The notes under the pieces: generated by a model
The model's database searches: none
What the model was told of the DNA's origin: nothing
What the model saw: the letters and a program-made list of their open reading frames with translations, nothing else
In this document: one piece after another, positions 7,828 to 15,868 of the stretch
Layout: each line of letters begins with the position of its first letter
Numbering within the stretch: position 1 is the first letter of the stretch
Source: a virus
IMG/VR virus record: IMGVR_UViG_3300029181_000007
Length of the DNA stretch: 42,124 nucleotides
Direction: 5' to 3' (one strand)
Position numbers and translations under genes: made by a program

Positions 7828-8444
7828 AAGTGCTGATTGCTTGTGAGGAATCGCAAGAAGTGTGCAAAGCGTTTCGTGCAAAAGGCCACGAAGCCTACTC
7901 CTGTGATATTCAGGAGCCGTCCGGCGGGCATCCTGAGTGGCATATTCTTGGTGATGCGCTCAAGGCCATTAAGGGGGGGAAAATCGTTACGATGGACGGC
8001 GTGGCGCATGAAGTCGGAAAGTGGGATTTGCTCATTGCACACCCGCCTTGCACACACCTAGCTGTTTCTGGTGCGCGGTGGTTCACGGAGGGGAAAAAAC
8101 CACTCAGCTTACGCTATGAAGCTGCTGCATTCTTTATGAAATTTATTGAAGCGGATGTCCCGCATATAGCGGTTGAAAATCCTGTGTGCGTGATGTCTAC
8201 GCTATACCGAAAGCCGGATCAGATTATCAATCCTTGGCAGTTTGGACACCCGGAGCAAAAGAAAACTTGCCTGTGGATTAAAAATCTTCCTATCCTTGAG
8301 GAAACTGACAACGTGTACGACTACATGACGACGTTGCCACCAAAATTGCGAGAAAAGAATCATTGGATGGGACGCGGCCACTCAAAAGAACGCAGCAAAA
8401 CTTTTCCTGGCATTGCAAAAGCAATGGCTGAACAGTGGGGGTGA
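7824..8444 (+). CDS. Compact DNA cytosine-C5 methyltransferase-like protein
   Basis: GTGA-coupled GTG start. AHPPCTHLAVSG is like motif IV (PC) and IAVENP is like motif VI (ENV). At about 206 aa there is no room for a canonical target-recognition domain. Confidence 0.5.
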   Translation: MKVLIACEESQEVCKAFRAKGHEAYSCDIQEPSGGHPEWHILGDALKAIKGGKIVTMDGVAHEVGKWDLLIAHPPCTHLAVSGARWFTEGKKPLSLRYEAAAFFMKFIEADVPHIAVENPVCVMSTLYRKPDQIINPWQFGHPEQKKTCLWIKNLPILEETDNVYDYMTTLPPKLREKNHWMGRGHSKERSKTFPGIAKAMAEQWG

Positions 8445-8448
8445 GCAA

Positions 8449-8661
8449 ATGAGGTACAAGCCCGGCGCTTACATCGTTTCTCTCGACCACCTGATGGGGC
8501 AGGAACTTGTTTATTACGGCGGGAAACTGCTCCACAAGGGATGGTTTGGCAACTGGCAGCTGTGGTATGCGAAAGCTGAGCTTTCCAGATTGCGCATTCG
8601 GGAAGCTGTGAGAACGGAGGAAGAACATGAAACCGAAAACGAAATCCGAGCTGATGACTGA
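8449..8661 (+). CDS. Hypothetical protein
   Basis: ATG after GGGGTGAG. 70 aa. Confidence 0.45.
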   Translation: MRYKPGAYIVSLDHLMGQELVYYGGKLLHKGWFGNWQLWYAKAELSRLRIREAVRTEEEHETENEIRADD

Positions 8662-9115
8662 ATGGGCAAACCAGCCGGATCAGCTCAAGAAAGAGCGGGA
8701 AGTCAAGGCCATCCGTAAGGCGATGGACGATGCCCGCGCCGTGCTGCAGGACGGTCTGACCCGGTACGTCAAGAAAAAGACCAAAGCCCGCAGCATGGCA
8801 AAGGCTGAAGCTGACCCTTTTGCTGAGCTGGAAGGCTGGGAAAGCATGGAGCAGATCCAGGATGCCTACGGCTACGGCGAGATCACCGCCGACAAACGGG
8901 ACAAACTCGCCGACCTGTGGGAAGCCCGTGAAGCTGCAAGGAACAGCCGCAAGGGCGCGGACAAGTACCACGATCTTGTGACGGAGATGCTGGAGACAGC
9001 CATCCGCCGAGTGGGCGGAGAATACGCAGATATGCTGTTTGAGTATGACCAGCAGCGAAGGGAAGCTGAAAAGCAGTGCGAGCAGCTGGCAATGGAAGGA
9101 ATGATGAAAAAATGA
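8627..9115 (+). CDS. Hypothetical coiled-coil protein
   Basis: GGAGGAAGAAC precedes the ATG. 162 aa, rich in charged residues. Confidence 0.5.
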   Translation: MKPKTKSELMTEWANQPDQLKKEREVKAIRKAMDDARAVLQDGLTRYVKKKTKARSMAKAEADPFAELEGWESMEQIQDAYGYGEITADKRDKLADLWEAREAARNSRKGADKYHDLVTEMLETAIRRVGGEYADMLFEYDQQRREAEKQCEQLAMEGMMKK

Positions 9116-9501
9116 CCGACATTGAAAAATCAATTGCCAAGCTCCAGAGGTGCTTTCCGGGAAGTTATATTACTGACCGGAACGAGCTTATTGTCCATCC
9201 GAGGACAAACCAGTATATTATTCTGGAAAACATCGGAACGGAAGATGCCATCAAGGCCAAAGTGCTGGAGTGGCTTTCACGGGCGGCATTTAAAACCGAA
9301 CCATATTCACAGAAGTGGAGAAATCGAAAGTTTCACAAATATATGAGGGACGGCATCAATGCTTTTCTGGATACCGATTTCTCCGAAGATGATATGGAAC
9401 TGATCTACACCTACATGGGGCTTGAATGCGACCGTTGGCTGACACTCATGTTTATCGATCACGACATGAGCATCGAGTGGCTGAAGGAGCACGTATCATG
9501 A
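9112..9501 (+). CDS. Hypothetical protein
   Basis: ATGA coupling at both ends. 129 aa. Confidence 0.5.
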   Translation: MTDIEKSIAKLQRCFPGSYITDRNELIVHPRTNQYIILENIGTEDAIKAKVLEWLSRAAFKTEPYSQKWRNRKFHKYMRDGINAFLDTDFSEDDMELIYTYMGLECDRWLTLMFIDHDMSIEWLKEHVS

Positions 9502-9872
9502 AGCTGATCCTCTACGGCGACCCGCACACCAAGAAAAATTCTGCACGCATTCTCCGCACACGCTCCGGGACTCCATTCGTGGCCCCTAGCAAGGCTTACG
9601 TGGATTATGAGACGGACTGCCTGCGGCAAATCAACAGGCCGCGCAGCCCCATCTCCGCCCGCGTGAACGTGCGGTGCGTGTACTACATGAAGACTGCCCG
9701 TCGGGTCGATCTGGCAAACCTCATCGAGGCGACCACGGACATCCTGGTAAAAGCCCGGGTGCTGGAAGATGACAACTGCTGCATCGTCGCCGCCCACGAT
9801 GGCAGCCGGGTGGATTACGACAAGCAAAAGCCCAGAGTGGAGATCTGGATTGAAGAAATGGAGGACACATGA
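9498..9872 (+). CDS. rusA: RusA-family Holliday junction resolvase
   Basis: MKLILYGDPHTKKNSARI...DLANLIEATTDILVKARVLEDDNCCIV...PRVEIWIEE fits the RusA layout (D..N spacing, DD motif). Confidence 0.7.
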   Translation: MKLILYGDPHTKKNSARILRTRSGTPFVAPSKAYVDYETDCLRQINRPRSPISARVNVRCVYYMKTARRVDLANLIEATTDILVKARVLEDDNCCIVAAHDGSRVDYDKQKPRVEIWIEEMEDT

Positions 9873-10261
9873 ACCAAGTGTTTTTGGTAATTGGCTCAAC
9901 ACTTTGCTACGTCGGCGGGTTCGGCATAATGATTTGTCTTTTGGGCGTACTAACCGAACTGTGTATCGAAATCTGGGACAGTAATTTTAGACAGATTTGC
10001 GTTCGATTCCAAATCGCGCCGGGCGATGTTTCATACTTTGCCCAGAGTAAAAAAGACATTGAAGCAGCACTTGAGAAACAACGCATTCGGTGGCCGAACA
10101 CGGACGATGCATCTTTCGGGTGGTGGAACTGCCCAAGATGCAGCGCGTCGAACCGATACGTCAGCGAAAGCAAATCGGTTGCATATTGCCGCTGCTGCGG
10201 GCAAGCTGTCGATATGGATTACTACAGGAGGCATGCCAATGATTCGCAGATGGACACCTGA
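9869..10261 (+). CDS. Membrane-anchored zinc-ribbon protein
   Basis: N-terminal TM segment VFLVIGSTLCYVGGFGIMICLLGVL. CPRC...CRCC motif. Confidence 0.5.
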   Translation: MNQVFLVIGSTLCYVGGFGIMICLLGVLTELCIEIWDSNFRQICVRFQIAPGDVSYFAQSKKDIEAALEKQRIRWPNTDDASFGWWNCPRCSASNRYVSESKSVAYCRCCGQAVDMDYYRRHANDSQMDT

Positions 10262-10736
10262 CACCGACACGCAAAAGCCGGGAGAGACAACCGATGAGCA
10301 GAAGATGCGGGCGTGGTTTGAGCGCCTGCCGAAGATGCGGGCACTGATCTGCCAGCAGCAGGAGCACATTGCAAGCCTGCGGAATGCCGCCACCACGACC
10401 ACGTCAGGCACGTCCGGCGCGCCGGGGCGCTCCGGAACCAGCGACAAGGTAGGTCGGAACAGTGACGCCGCCATGGATGCCGAGCAGCATCTGCACGAGC
10501 TGAAATGCCAGTATGCCGAGATGCAGAAGAAAGCCATTGAAGTGGCCTACATGCTCCACGCCGATCCTGCATCCATCCGCCGCAGTAAGTGCATCATCCT
10601 GTGCTATGTTGAAGGCAGGCGGCACGCCGATATCGCGGCAGAAGTCGGCTATTCCAAGCCGTCTCAGGTTTCACGCGCAATTTCGGAAGGCCTGAGCCAG
10701 CTGACAGAGATCGCGAACGAGCTGAATCTTAGTTGA
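10239..10736 (+). CDS. Late-gene transcriptional activator candidate (sigma-70 region-4-like HTH, DUF1492/ArpU/RinA-type position)
   Basis: ATG 7 nt after AGGAGG. C-terminal CIILCYVEGRRHADIAAEVGYSKPSQVSRAISEGLSQL. Last gene before the terminase region. Confidence 0.6.
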   Translation: MIRRWTPDTDTQKPGETTDEQKMRAWFERLPKMRALICQQQEHIASLRNAATTTTSGTSGAPGRSGTSDKVGRNSDAAMDAEQHLHELKCQYAEMQKKAIEVAYMLHADPASIRRSKCIILCYVEGRRHADIAAEVGYSKPSQVSRAISEGLSQLTEIANELNLS

Positions 10737-10789
10737 ACCTGTACATTTTGCACAATGTCAGAGGGCTTTGTTTTTACACGCTCTGGGAT

Positions 10790-10818
10790 TTACTTGTTAT
10801 CGGCATCTGTGCTATTGT
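10790..10818 (+). promoter_or_regulatory. Putative promoter TTACTT-17-TGcTATTGT
   Basis: -35 at 10790-10795, a 17-nt spacer, and an extended -10 (TG at 10810-10811, TATTGT at 10813-10818). It lies upstream of the structured RNA locus. Confidence 0.35.
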
Positions 10819-10947
10819 GGTACCATCGGCAAAGCCGAAAAGGCAAACCGATGCACGCAGCCTCCGAAACGTGTCCCTTCTTAGCATTTTCCTTTTCTGT
10901 TTGCAGGTGCTGGGCTTTGCTCTCTTCACGTTTCGCGCTGCTTCTAT

Positions 10948-11021
10948 GCGATGCACTGACACAACGGCAGCCTGCCGCTCGTGAGAGACAGGAGGCGGTT
11001 CGATTCCGTCGTATCGCACCA
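10948..11021 (+). ncRNA. tRNA-sized, CCA-ending tRNA-like element without a decodable anticodon arm
   Basis: 7-bp acceptor (gcgatgc/gtatcgc). T arm ggcgg-ttcgatt-ccgtc. Encoded ACCA. A 3-bp D-like stem with GG in its loop. The anticodon position holds a 22-nt hairpin cctg-ccg-ctc-GTGA-gag-a-cagg with a GNRA loop. Confidence 0.5.
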
Positions 11022-11136
11022 TATGGCGCATGGACTAGACAACTCGCAAGGCCGCACGTGCAACCTCCCGTGCCAAGAAAAGGCCTTAGAATCCTTGCCA
11101 AGGTGTAGCTTTCCTGACAGGATGTGCGCCAATCAA

Positions 11137-11166
11137 CAGCCCCGGCGGCGAACCGGAGCTGTTTTT
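11137..11166 (+). terminator. Rho-independent terminator
   Basis: cagccccgg / ccggagctg stem (one C.A mismatch), 7-nt loop, then TTTTT. Confidence 0.6.
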
Positions 11167-11170
11167 ATAT

Positions 11171-11240
11171 GGCCGCCTGAGCGCAGTTTAGAGCGCGGCG
11201 CGTGTGTGTAGACACGGCTGGTTCGATTCCAAGGGCGGCT
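11171..11240 (+). ncRNA. Degenerate tRNA-like element (70 nt)
   Basis: 7-bp acceptor ggccgcc/ggcggct and D arm gcgc-agtttaga-gcgc. A GGTTCGATTCC T loop sits on only a 3-bp T stem. The anticodon-position stem cgtgt/acacg closes a 6-nt loop gtgtag, and no variable region remains. Confidence 0.4.
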
Positions 11241-11245
11241 TTTAT

Positions 11246-11318
11246 ACTCCGGTAGCTCAAGTGGTAGAGCAGCGGTCTCCAAAACCGCATGTTGCAGGTT
11301 CGAGCCCTGCCGGGAGTG
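11246..11318 (+). tRNA. trnW: tRNA-Trp (anticodon CCA)
   Basis: Full cloverleaf: ta-gctc-aagtggta-gagc, anticodon arm gcggt-CTCCAAA-accgc, and T arm gcagg-ttcgagc-cctgc. The acceptor has one G.G mismatch. No CCA is encoded. Confidence 0.85.
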
Positions 11319-11440
11319 CTTGCGTGCCCTATGAGGGGGCCGCGCAATAGCGGGGCATCTGGCCGCGAAAGTTCCAGATGCAGCAGTGCCTACCGTTTGA
11401 CGCATGTCCAACGAACTGAATGCACGGGTGCTGCTTATAT

Positions 11441-11576
11441 GCCGTCATAGCTCAACTGGAAGAGCGCCGCCCATTTAAGGCGGGACAACGTTGGTGACAC
11501 CACGGGAACATCACTGCACAGCCAACCACTGCGCACATCCATTCCGTGGGTGCTGGTTCAAATCCAGCTGGCGGCA
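11441..11576 (+). ncRNA. tRNA-like gene with a 68-nt insertion in the variable-arm position (anticodon loop CATTTAA)
   Basis: Acceptor gccgtca/tggcggc. D arm gctc-aactggaa-gagc. Anticodon arm ccgcc-catttaa-ggcgg (A at position 33, UUU at 34-36). Nt 11484-11551 are inserted before a perfect T arm gctgg-ttcaaat-ccagc. Confidence 0.5.
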
Positions 11577-11590
11577 CATTCGATATTTTG

Positions 11591-11620
11591 ACCGTTCGGA
11601 TTTTCCGGGCGGTTTTTCTT
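11591..11620 (+). terminator. Rho-independent terminator
   Basis: accgttcgga-ttt-tccgggcggt forms a 10-bp stem (two G.U pairs), followed by TTTTTCTTTT. Confidence 0.6.
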
Positions 11621-11647
11621 TTGCATGAGTTTAGAGAGGTGGTGGCG

Positions 11648-12115
11648 GTGAGCGCAAAGCGGCTGACAGACAGACAGAAAAAGAAGATCATCGCGGATTA
11701 TATCCAGCTGCAAAATTACACCCGCACCGCAAAGCTGAACGACGTTGCAGAAAGCACTGTGCGCAAGATCGTGAAAGATAATCCAAAGTGCGCGGATTTG
11801 TGCGCCTTAAAAAAAGAGCAGAACACGCAGGACATGCTTTCCTACTTAGGCAGCAAGTGCGGGGAAGCACAGAATCTTCTCGGGCTGTACCTTCAGGCGA
11901 TGGCAGACCGTAACAAAATCGCGGAAGCAACGCTGCCGCAGCTGTCCACGGCGTTTGGCACCATCGTGGACAAGTTTGCTATGCTGGGAGACCAGAGCGG
12001 CATAGAAGCCCCGGACGATGGCCTGCTTGAGGCTCTGAGCGCTGCCGCAGACATCAGCCCGCCGGATGACGTGGAGATGCTGCCAGAGGAAGAGGACGAC
12101 AATGCGGAAAAGTAA
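11648..12115 (+). CDS. terS: Terminase small subunit (putative)
   Basis: GTG start 8 nt after GAGAGG. N-terminal HTH AKLNDVAESTVRKIV. Acidic C-terminus. Overlaps the terL start. The longer ORF-track start (11546) would overlap the tRNA-like element. Confidence 0.6.
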   Translation: MSAKRLTDRQKKKIIADYIQLQNYTRTAKLNDVAESTVRKIVKDNPKCADLCALKKEQNTQDMLSYLGSKCGEAQNLLGLYLQAMADRNKIAEATLPQLSTAFGTIVDKFAMLGDQSGIEAPDDGLLEALSAAADISPPDDVEMLPEEEDDNAEK

Positions 12116-13349
12116 CGGATTTCGTTGGAAAGCCCTCAGCCAGCGGCAAAAGCAGGTCCTGAGCTGGTGGACACCGCAGAGCGCATACAGCGGCTACAAC
12201 GGCATCATTGCCGATGGAGCTATCCGCTCGGGCAAGACCTTTGCCATGAGCTTTTCGTTCGTCCAGTGGGCCATGACCTGCTACAGCGGCCAGCAGTTTG
12301 CCATGTGCGGCAAGACCATTGCCAGCTTCCGGCGCAACGTGCTGGGGACACTCAAGCAGCAGCTTGCAGCCCGGGGCTACAGCGTCAAGGAGCATCGGGC
12401 AGAAAACTGCATGACCGTCAGCAAGGGTGGCAGAACAAACGAGTTTTACTTTTTCGGCGGTAAGGACGAGAGCAGCCAAGACCTAATCCAGGGCATCACG
12501 CTGGCTGGAGCATTCTTTGACGAGGTGGCCTTGATGCCGCAGAGCTTTGTCAATCAGGCCACTGCCCGCTGCTCCGTCACCGGGTCAAAATTCTGGTTCA
12601 ACTGCAACCCGGGCAGCCCACAGCATTGGTTTTATCTCGAGTGGGTGCGGAAATGCCGTTCCCGCAAGATGATGTACCTCCACTTTACGATGGACGACAA
12701 CCTGTCGCTCTCCGAGGACATCAAGGACAGATACCGCAGCCAGTACAGCGGAGTTTTCTACCAGCGCTACATTCTGGGCCTGTGGACGGTGGCAGAGGGC
12801 CTTGTATATGACATGTTCGACCCCAAAAAACACGTCATTGACGTGCTGCCCGAGCTGTCCCCGAAGAGCGCCTATGTGGCGTGCGACTTCGGCACCCAGA
12901 ACGCAACGGTGTTCCTGCTGCTCCAAAAACAGGCCGATGCAGACTGCTGGATCGTCACCCGGGAGTACTACTACAGCGGCCGCGAACAGAAGCGGCAAAA
13001 GACCGTGGGCGAGTACGTCACAGACCTCAAGGCGTGGCTGAATGGCCTCAAGCCGGAGAGGATCATTGTGGACCCCTCTGCCCTGCCACTGATCACTGAG
13101 CTGCGCAAGAACGGCTTTACCCAGACCCCGGCAAACAACGACGTTCTGAGCGGAATTCTGGACGTACAGACCATGCTGCAGACCGGGCGGTTGAAGGTCT
13201 ACAAGGGTTGCAAGCACACGCTGGAAGAGTTCGGCGTGTACGCTTGGGATCCAGATAAAGACGACACCGTGCTGAAGGTCAACGACCACTGCATGGACGC
13301 TATCCGCTACTTCGTGCGCACAAAGCGCCTTGTGAAACTGAGGGATTGA
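12102..13349 (+). CDS. terL: Terminase large subunit (PBSX/Terminase_3-like)
   Basis: Walker A GAIRSGKTF. LAGAFFDEVALMP (Walker B-like). A C-terminal nuclease region with D residues. Lies immediately upstream of the portal gene. Confidence 0.9.
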   Translation: MRKSNGFRWKALSQRQKQVLSWWTPQSAYSGYNGIIADGAIRSGKTFAMSFSFVQWAMTCYSGQQFAMCGKTIASFRRNVLGTLKQQLAARGYSVKEHRAENCMTVSKGGRTNEFYFFGGKDESSQDLIQGITLAGAFFDEVALMPQSFVNQATARCSVTGSKFWFNCNPGSPQHWFYLEWVRKCRSRKMMYLHFTMDDNLSLSEDIKDRYRSQYSGVFYQRYILGLWTVAEGLVYDMFDPKKHVIDVLPELSPKSAYVACDFGTQNATVFLLLQKQADADCWIVTREYYYSGREQKRQKTVGEYVTDLKAWLNGLKPERIIVDPSALPLITELRKNGFTQTPANNDVLSGILDVQTMLQTGRLKVYKGCKHTLEEFGVYAWDPDKDDTVLKVNDHCMDAIRYFVRTKRLVKLRD

Positions 13350-14755
13350 TTTTGAGCATTTTGAGCACTGTATACACATTCCAGACCTTTCAGCAGGCGC
13401 AAGCCGCCGGGGAACAGCCTGATTTCATCCGGCGGTTCGTGCAGCAGCACTGCAGTTCCGGACCGTACAAGATGGCGCTGGACGCCGACCTGTACGACGC
13501 CCAGAAAAACCCGGGGGCTGAACGCTTCGCGCAGGCTTACGCTTTGATGCTGAAACGCCTGTCCAAAAACACAAAGCAGGATGTCCTGCACCCCGATATG
13601 GTCAAGAGCAATCTTTTCCGGCGGCTCAACAAGCAGAGAGCCACATACTCCCTCGGCAACGGCGTGGTCTTTGCGGACGATGGCGTGGACAAGAACAGGC
13701 TGGGGCAGAACTTTGACGAGCAGATCCAGAAGGCCGGATATTTCGCCCTGATCCACGGCGAGAGCTTCGGATTCTGGAACAACGACCATCTGGTGGTTTT
13801 CAAGCTGACCGAGTTTGCCCCCCTATACGATGAAAAGACAGGCCTTTTGCAGGCAGGTGTGCGCTTCTGGCGGCTGAACCCTGACACGGATATGCACTAT
13901 ATCCTGTACGAGCTGGACGGCTTTACCGAGTACACGGAAAGCAAAATTGGCAGCATCATGCAGGAGACAGCCCCGAAGCAGGCATACAAGAGCGTGACCG
14001 TCACCACACCCGGCGGCGGGCTGGAAAGCGTGGAGGGCGAAAACTACAGTTCCTTGCCCATTGTGCCTCTGTGGGGCTCAGACCTGCACCAGAGCACCCT
14101 TGTGGGGCTGAAAGCCTACATCGACAACACCGATCTGGTGACGTCCGGCTTCTGCAGCGACCTGCATGATTGCACAGAGATTTATTGGCTGTGCGAAAAC
14201 TTCAACGGCATGACCGATGATGAGCTGCAGGAGTTCCTAGTCAAGCTGAATCTGTACCACATTGCAGGCGCAGACACCAGCGAGGGCGGCAAGATCACCC
14301 CCTACACCACCGAGATTCCTGTGACGGCCCGGCAAACCCTGTTGGAGCTGCTCCACGCCCGGGTCTATGAGGACTTCGGCGGCCTGGACGTGCATTGCGT
14401 CAGCGCAAACAGCACCAACGACCATTTGGATGCGGCCTATGAGCCCATGAACCAGAACGCAGACGACTTCGAGGCACAGATCAAGCCTTTTGTTCGTCAA
14501 ATCTGTGCGCTGGCTGGCTTTGGCAGCGCAACGCCGACGTTCAACCGGAACCGGATTGTGAACACCGCCGAGCAGGTCAGCACAGTAATCTCCGAGGCGG
14601 CGATCATTGGGCAGGACATGGCCATTGACCTACTGCCAAACCTGACCCCGGAGCAAAAGGAAAAGGCCAGGGCCTCCCTGATGGCGGAAAGCGCAGCACG
14701 GGAGACCGTGGGCGAGGAGGAAGACACCGATGAAAAAAAACAGCAAAATTTATGA
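13346..14755 (+). CDS. Portal protein (SPP1 gp6-like)
   Basis: 469 aa, coupled to the terL stop (TTG/TGA overlap; alternative TTG at 13352). Acidic C-terminal tail. Position between terL and the MuF-like gene. Confidence 0.85.
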   Translation: MILSILSTVYTFQTFQQAQAAGEQPDFIRRFVQQHCSSGPYKMALDADLYDAQKNPGAERFAQAYALMLKRLSKNTKQDVLHPDMVKSNLFRRLNKQRATYSLGNGVVFADDGVDKNRLGQNFDEQIQKAGYFALIHGESFGFWNNDHLVVFKLTEFAPLYDEKTGLLQAGVRFWRLNPDTDMHYILYELDGFTEYTESKIGSIMQETAPKQAYKSVTVTTPGGGLESVEGENYSSLPIVPLWGSDLHQSTLVGLKAYIDNTDLVTSGFCSDLHDCTEIYWLCENFNGMTDDELQEFLVKLNLYHIAGADTSEGGKITPYTTEIPVTARQTLLELLHARVYEDFGGLDVHCVSANSTNDHLDAAYEPMNQNADDFEAQIKPFVRQICALAGFGSATPTFNRNRIVNTAEQVSTVISEAAIIGQDMAIDLLPNLTPEQKEKARASLMAESAARETVGEEEDTDEKKQQNL

Positions 14756-14848
14756 TCCTCTGGGAAGATTGATCGATGTGATGCTTTTCGTCGCTGATTT
14801 TGCCATTGTGGCTGGGTGCTTTCTGGCTGTTGCGCAGGCGATTGGCTT

Positions 14849-15865
14849 ATGACTGAACGTGACCGCATCTCTACCCGCCAGCTGAACCGCTTGCGCCGCC
14901 GCATTTTGCGGGTATACGGCACTGCCCGCCGGGAGATGACCGAGCAGCTCACCGAGTTTCTGGGGAAGTACCGAGCGTTGGACGAGCGCAAGCGGGCGCA
15001 GCTGGATGCGGGCGAGATCACCGAAGAGGATTACCGCATCTGGTTACAAAATCAGGTCTTTCAGTCCGATTTGATGCGGGCAAAGCTGGACGGCATCACC
15101 CAGACTTGCACCACAGCCCAAGAGACGGCCTACAAGCTGGCCCGGGACGAGCAATACAATATCTTTTCCTTTGGCGCAAACTGGGCTTTCTATGAGCTGG
15201 AACAGGCCGCAGGCGTGACGTTCGGGCTGACCCTGTACAACACCGAAGCGGTCAAGCTGCTGCTGAAAGAGAACCCCCGCATGGTGCCAAACAAGCGCAT
15301 CAAGAGCGAGAGCAACCGCACCTATGACGCCCGGGTGTTCAACCGCTACGTCATGCAGGGCATCGTGCAGGGCAAGAGCGTCCACGACATCGCCGTGCAG
15401 GCCGTCAACGGCATGGCTGATACGGAGATCCACTGGGCCATGAACAACGCCATCACAGCCCTTACCAGCGCCCAGAACGCCGGGGCTTTGCAGCAGATGC
15501 ACAACGCCCAGGCTTTGGGCATCGAGGTCAAAAAGCGGTGGAACTCCACTCACGACTACCGCACCCGTGAGATGCACCGCCTGCTGGATCAGCAGACGGC
15601 AGAGCTTGACGAGCCTTTCAAGGTCATGGGTTACGAAATTCAGCGCCCCGGCGACCCCAACGCGGCCCCGGAGATGGTCTACCACTGTCGCTGTGTGCTG
15701 TCCTCTGCGCTGGGTAAGTACCCCCGGCAGAACGCCATGCAGCGGGACAATGTGACCAAAGAGACCACCTCCGTCATGGATTACACCGAGTGGTATAAGG
15801 CTAAGGGCGGCACCGAGGCCGAGCAGATGTGGTGGGCGGAAGAGCGCGAGAGGAAGAGGGGATGA
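14849..15865 (+). CDS. Head morphogenesis / minor capsid protein (SPP1 gp7 / Mu F family)
   Basis: KKRWNSTHDYRTREMHRLLDQQTAELDEPFKVMGYEIQRPGDPNAAPEMVYHCRC matches the Mu F-family C-terminal signature. Confidence 0.8.
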   Translation: MTERDRISTRQLNRLRRRILRVYGTARREMTEQLTEFLGKYRALDERKRAQLDAGEITEEDYRIWLQNQVFQSDLMRAKLDGITQTCTTAQETAYKLARDEQYNIFSFGANWAFYELEQAAGVTFGLTLYNTEAVKLLLKENPRMVPNKRIKSESNRTYDARVFNRYVMQGIVQGKSVHDIAVQAVNGMADTEIHWAMNNAITALTSAQNAGALQQMHNAQALGIEVKKRWNSTHDYRTREMHRLLDQQTAELDEPFKVMGYEIQRPGDPNAAPEMVYHCRCVLSSALGKYPRQNAMQRDNVTKETTSVMDYTEWYKAKGGTEAEQMWWAEERERKRG

Positions 15866-15868
15866 ACT

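Noticed and set aside
11246-11318. The idea that the phage tRNA is a stop-codon suppressor signalling genetic-code recoding of late genes.
   Set aside because: The anticodon loop reads CTCCAAA, which is CCA and therefore ordinary Trp. All late genes are intact long ORFs under the standard code.
11546-11647. The N-terminal extension of terS suggested by the ORF track. The same issue arises for the scaffold gene at 17855-17989.
   Set aside because: The extensions overlap a tRNA-like T arm plus terminator, or tRNA-Thr. Internal starts with proper SD spacing exist at 11648 and 17990.
10733-11691. Several ORFs on both strands across the RNA locus (for example 10755-11108 plus, 10790-11101 minus, 11133-11411 minus, 11452-11691 minus).
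   Set aside because: They overlap tRNA and tRNA-like elements and terminators, have no SD sequences, and give implausible translations.
14781-14852. A 23-aa hydrophobic micro-ORF (MLFVADFAIVAGCFLAVAQAIGL) whose stop overlaps the MuF-like start as ATGA.
   Set aside because: There is no SD within range and it is too short to support from sequence alone. It is noted only as a possibility.
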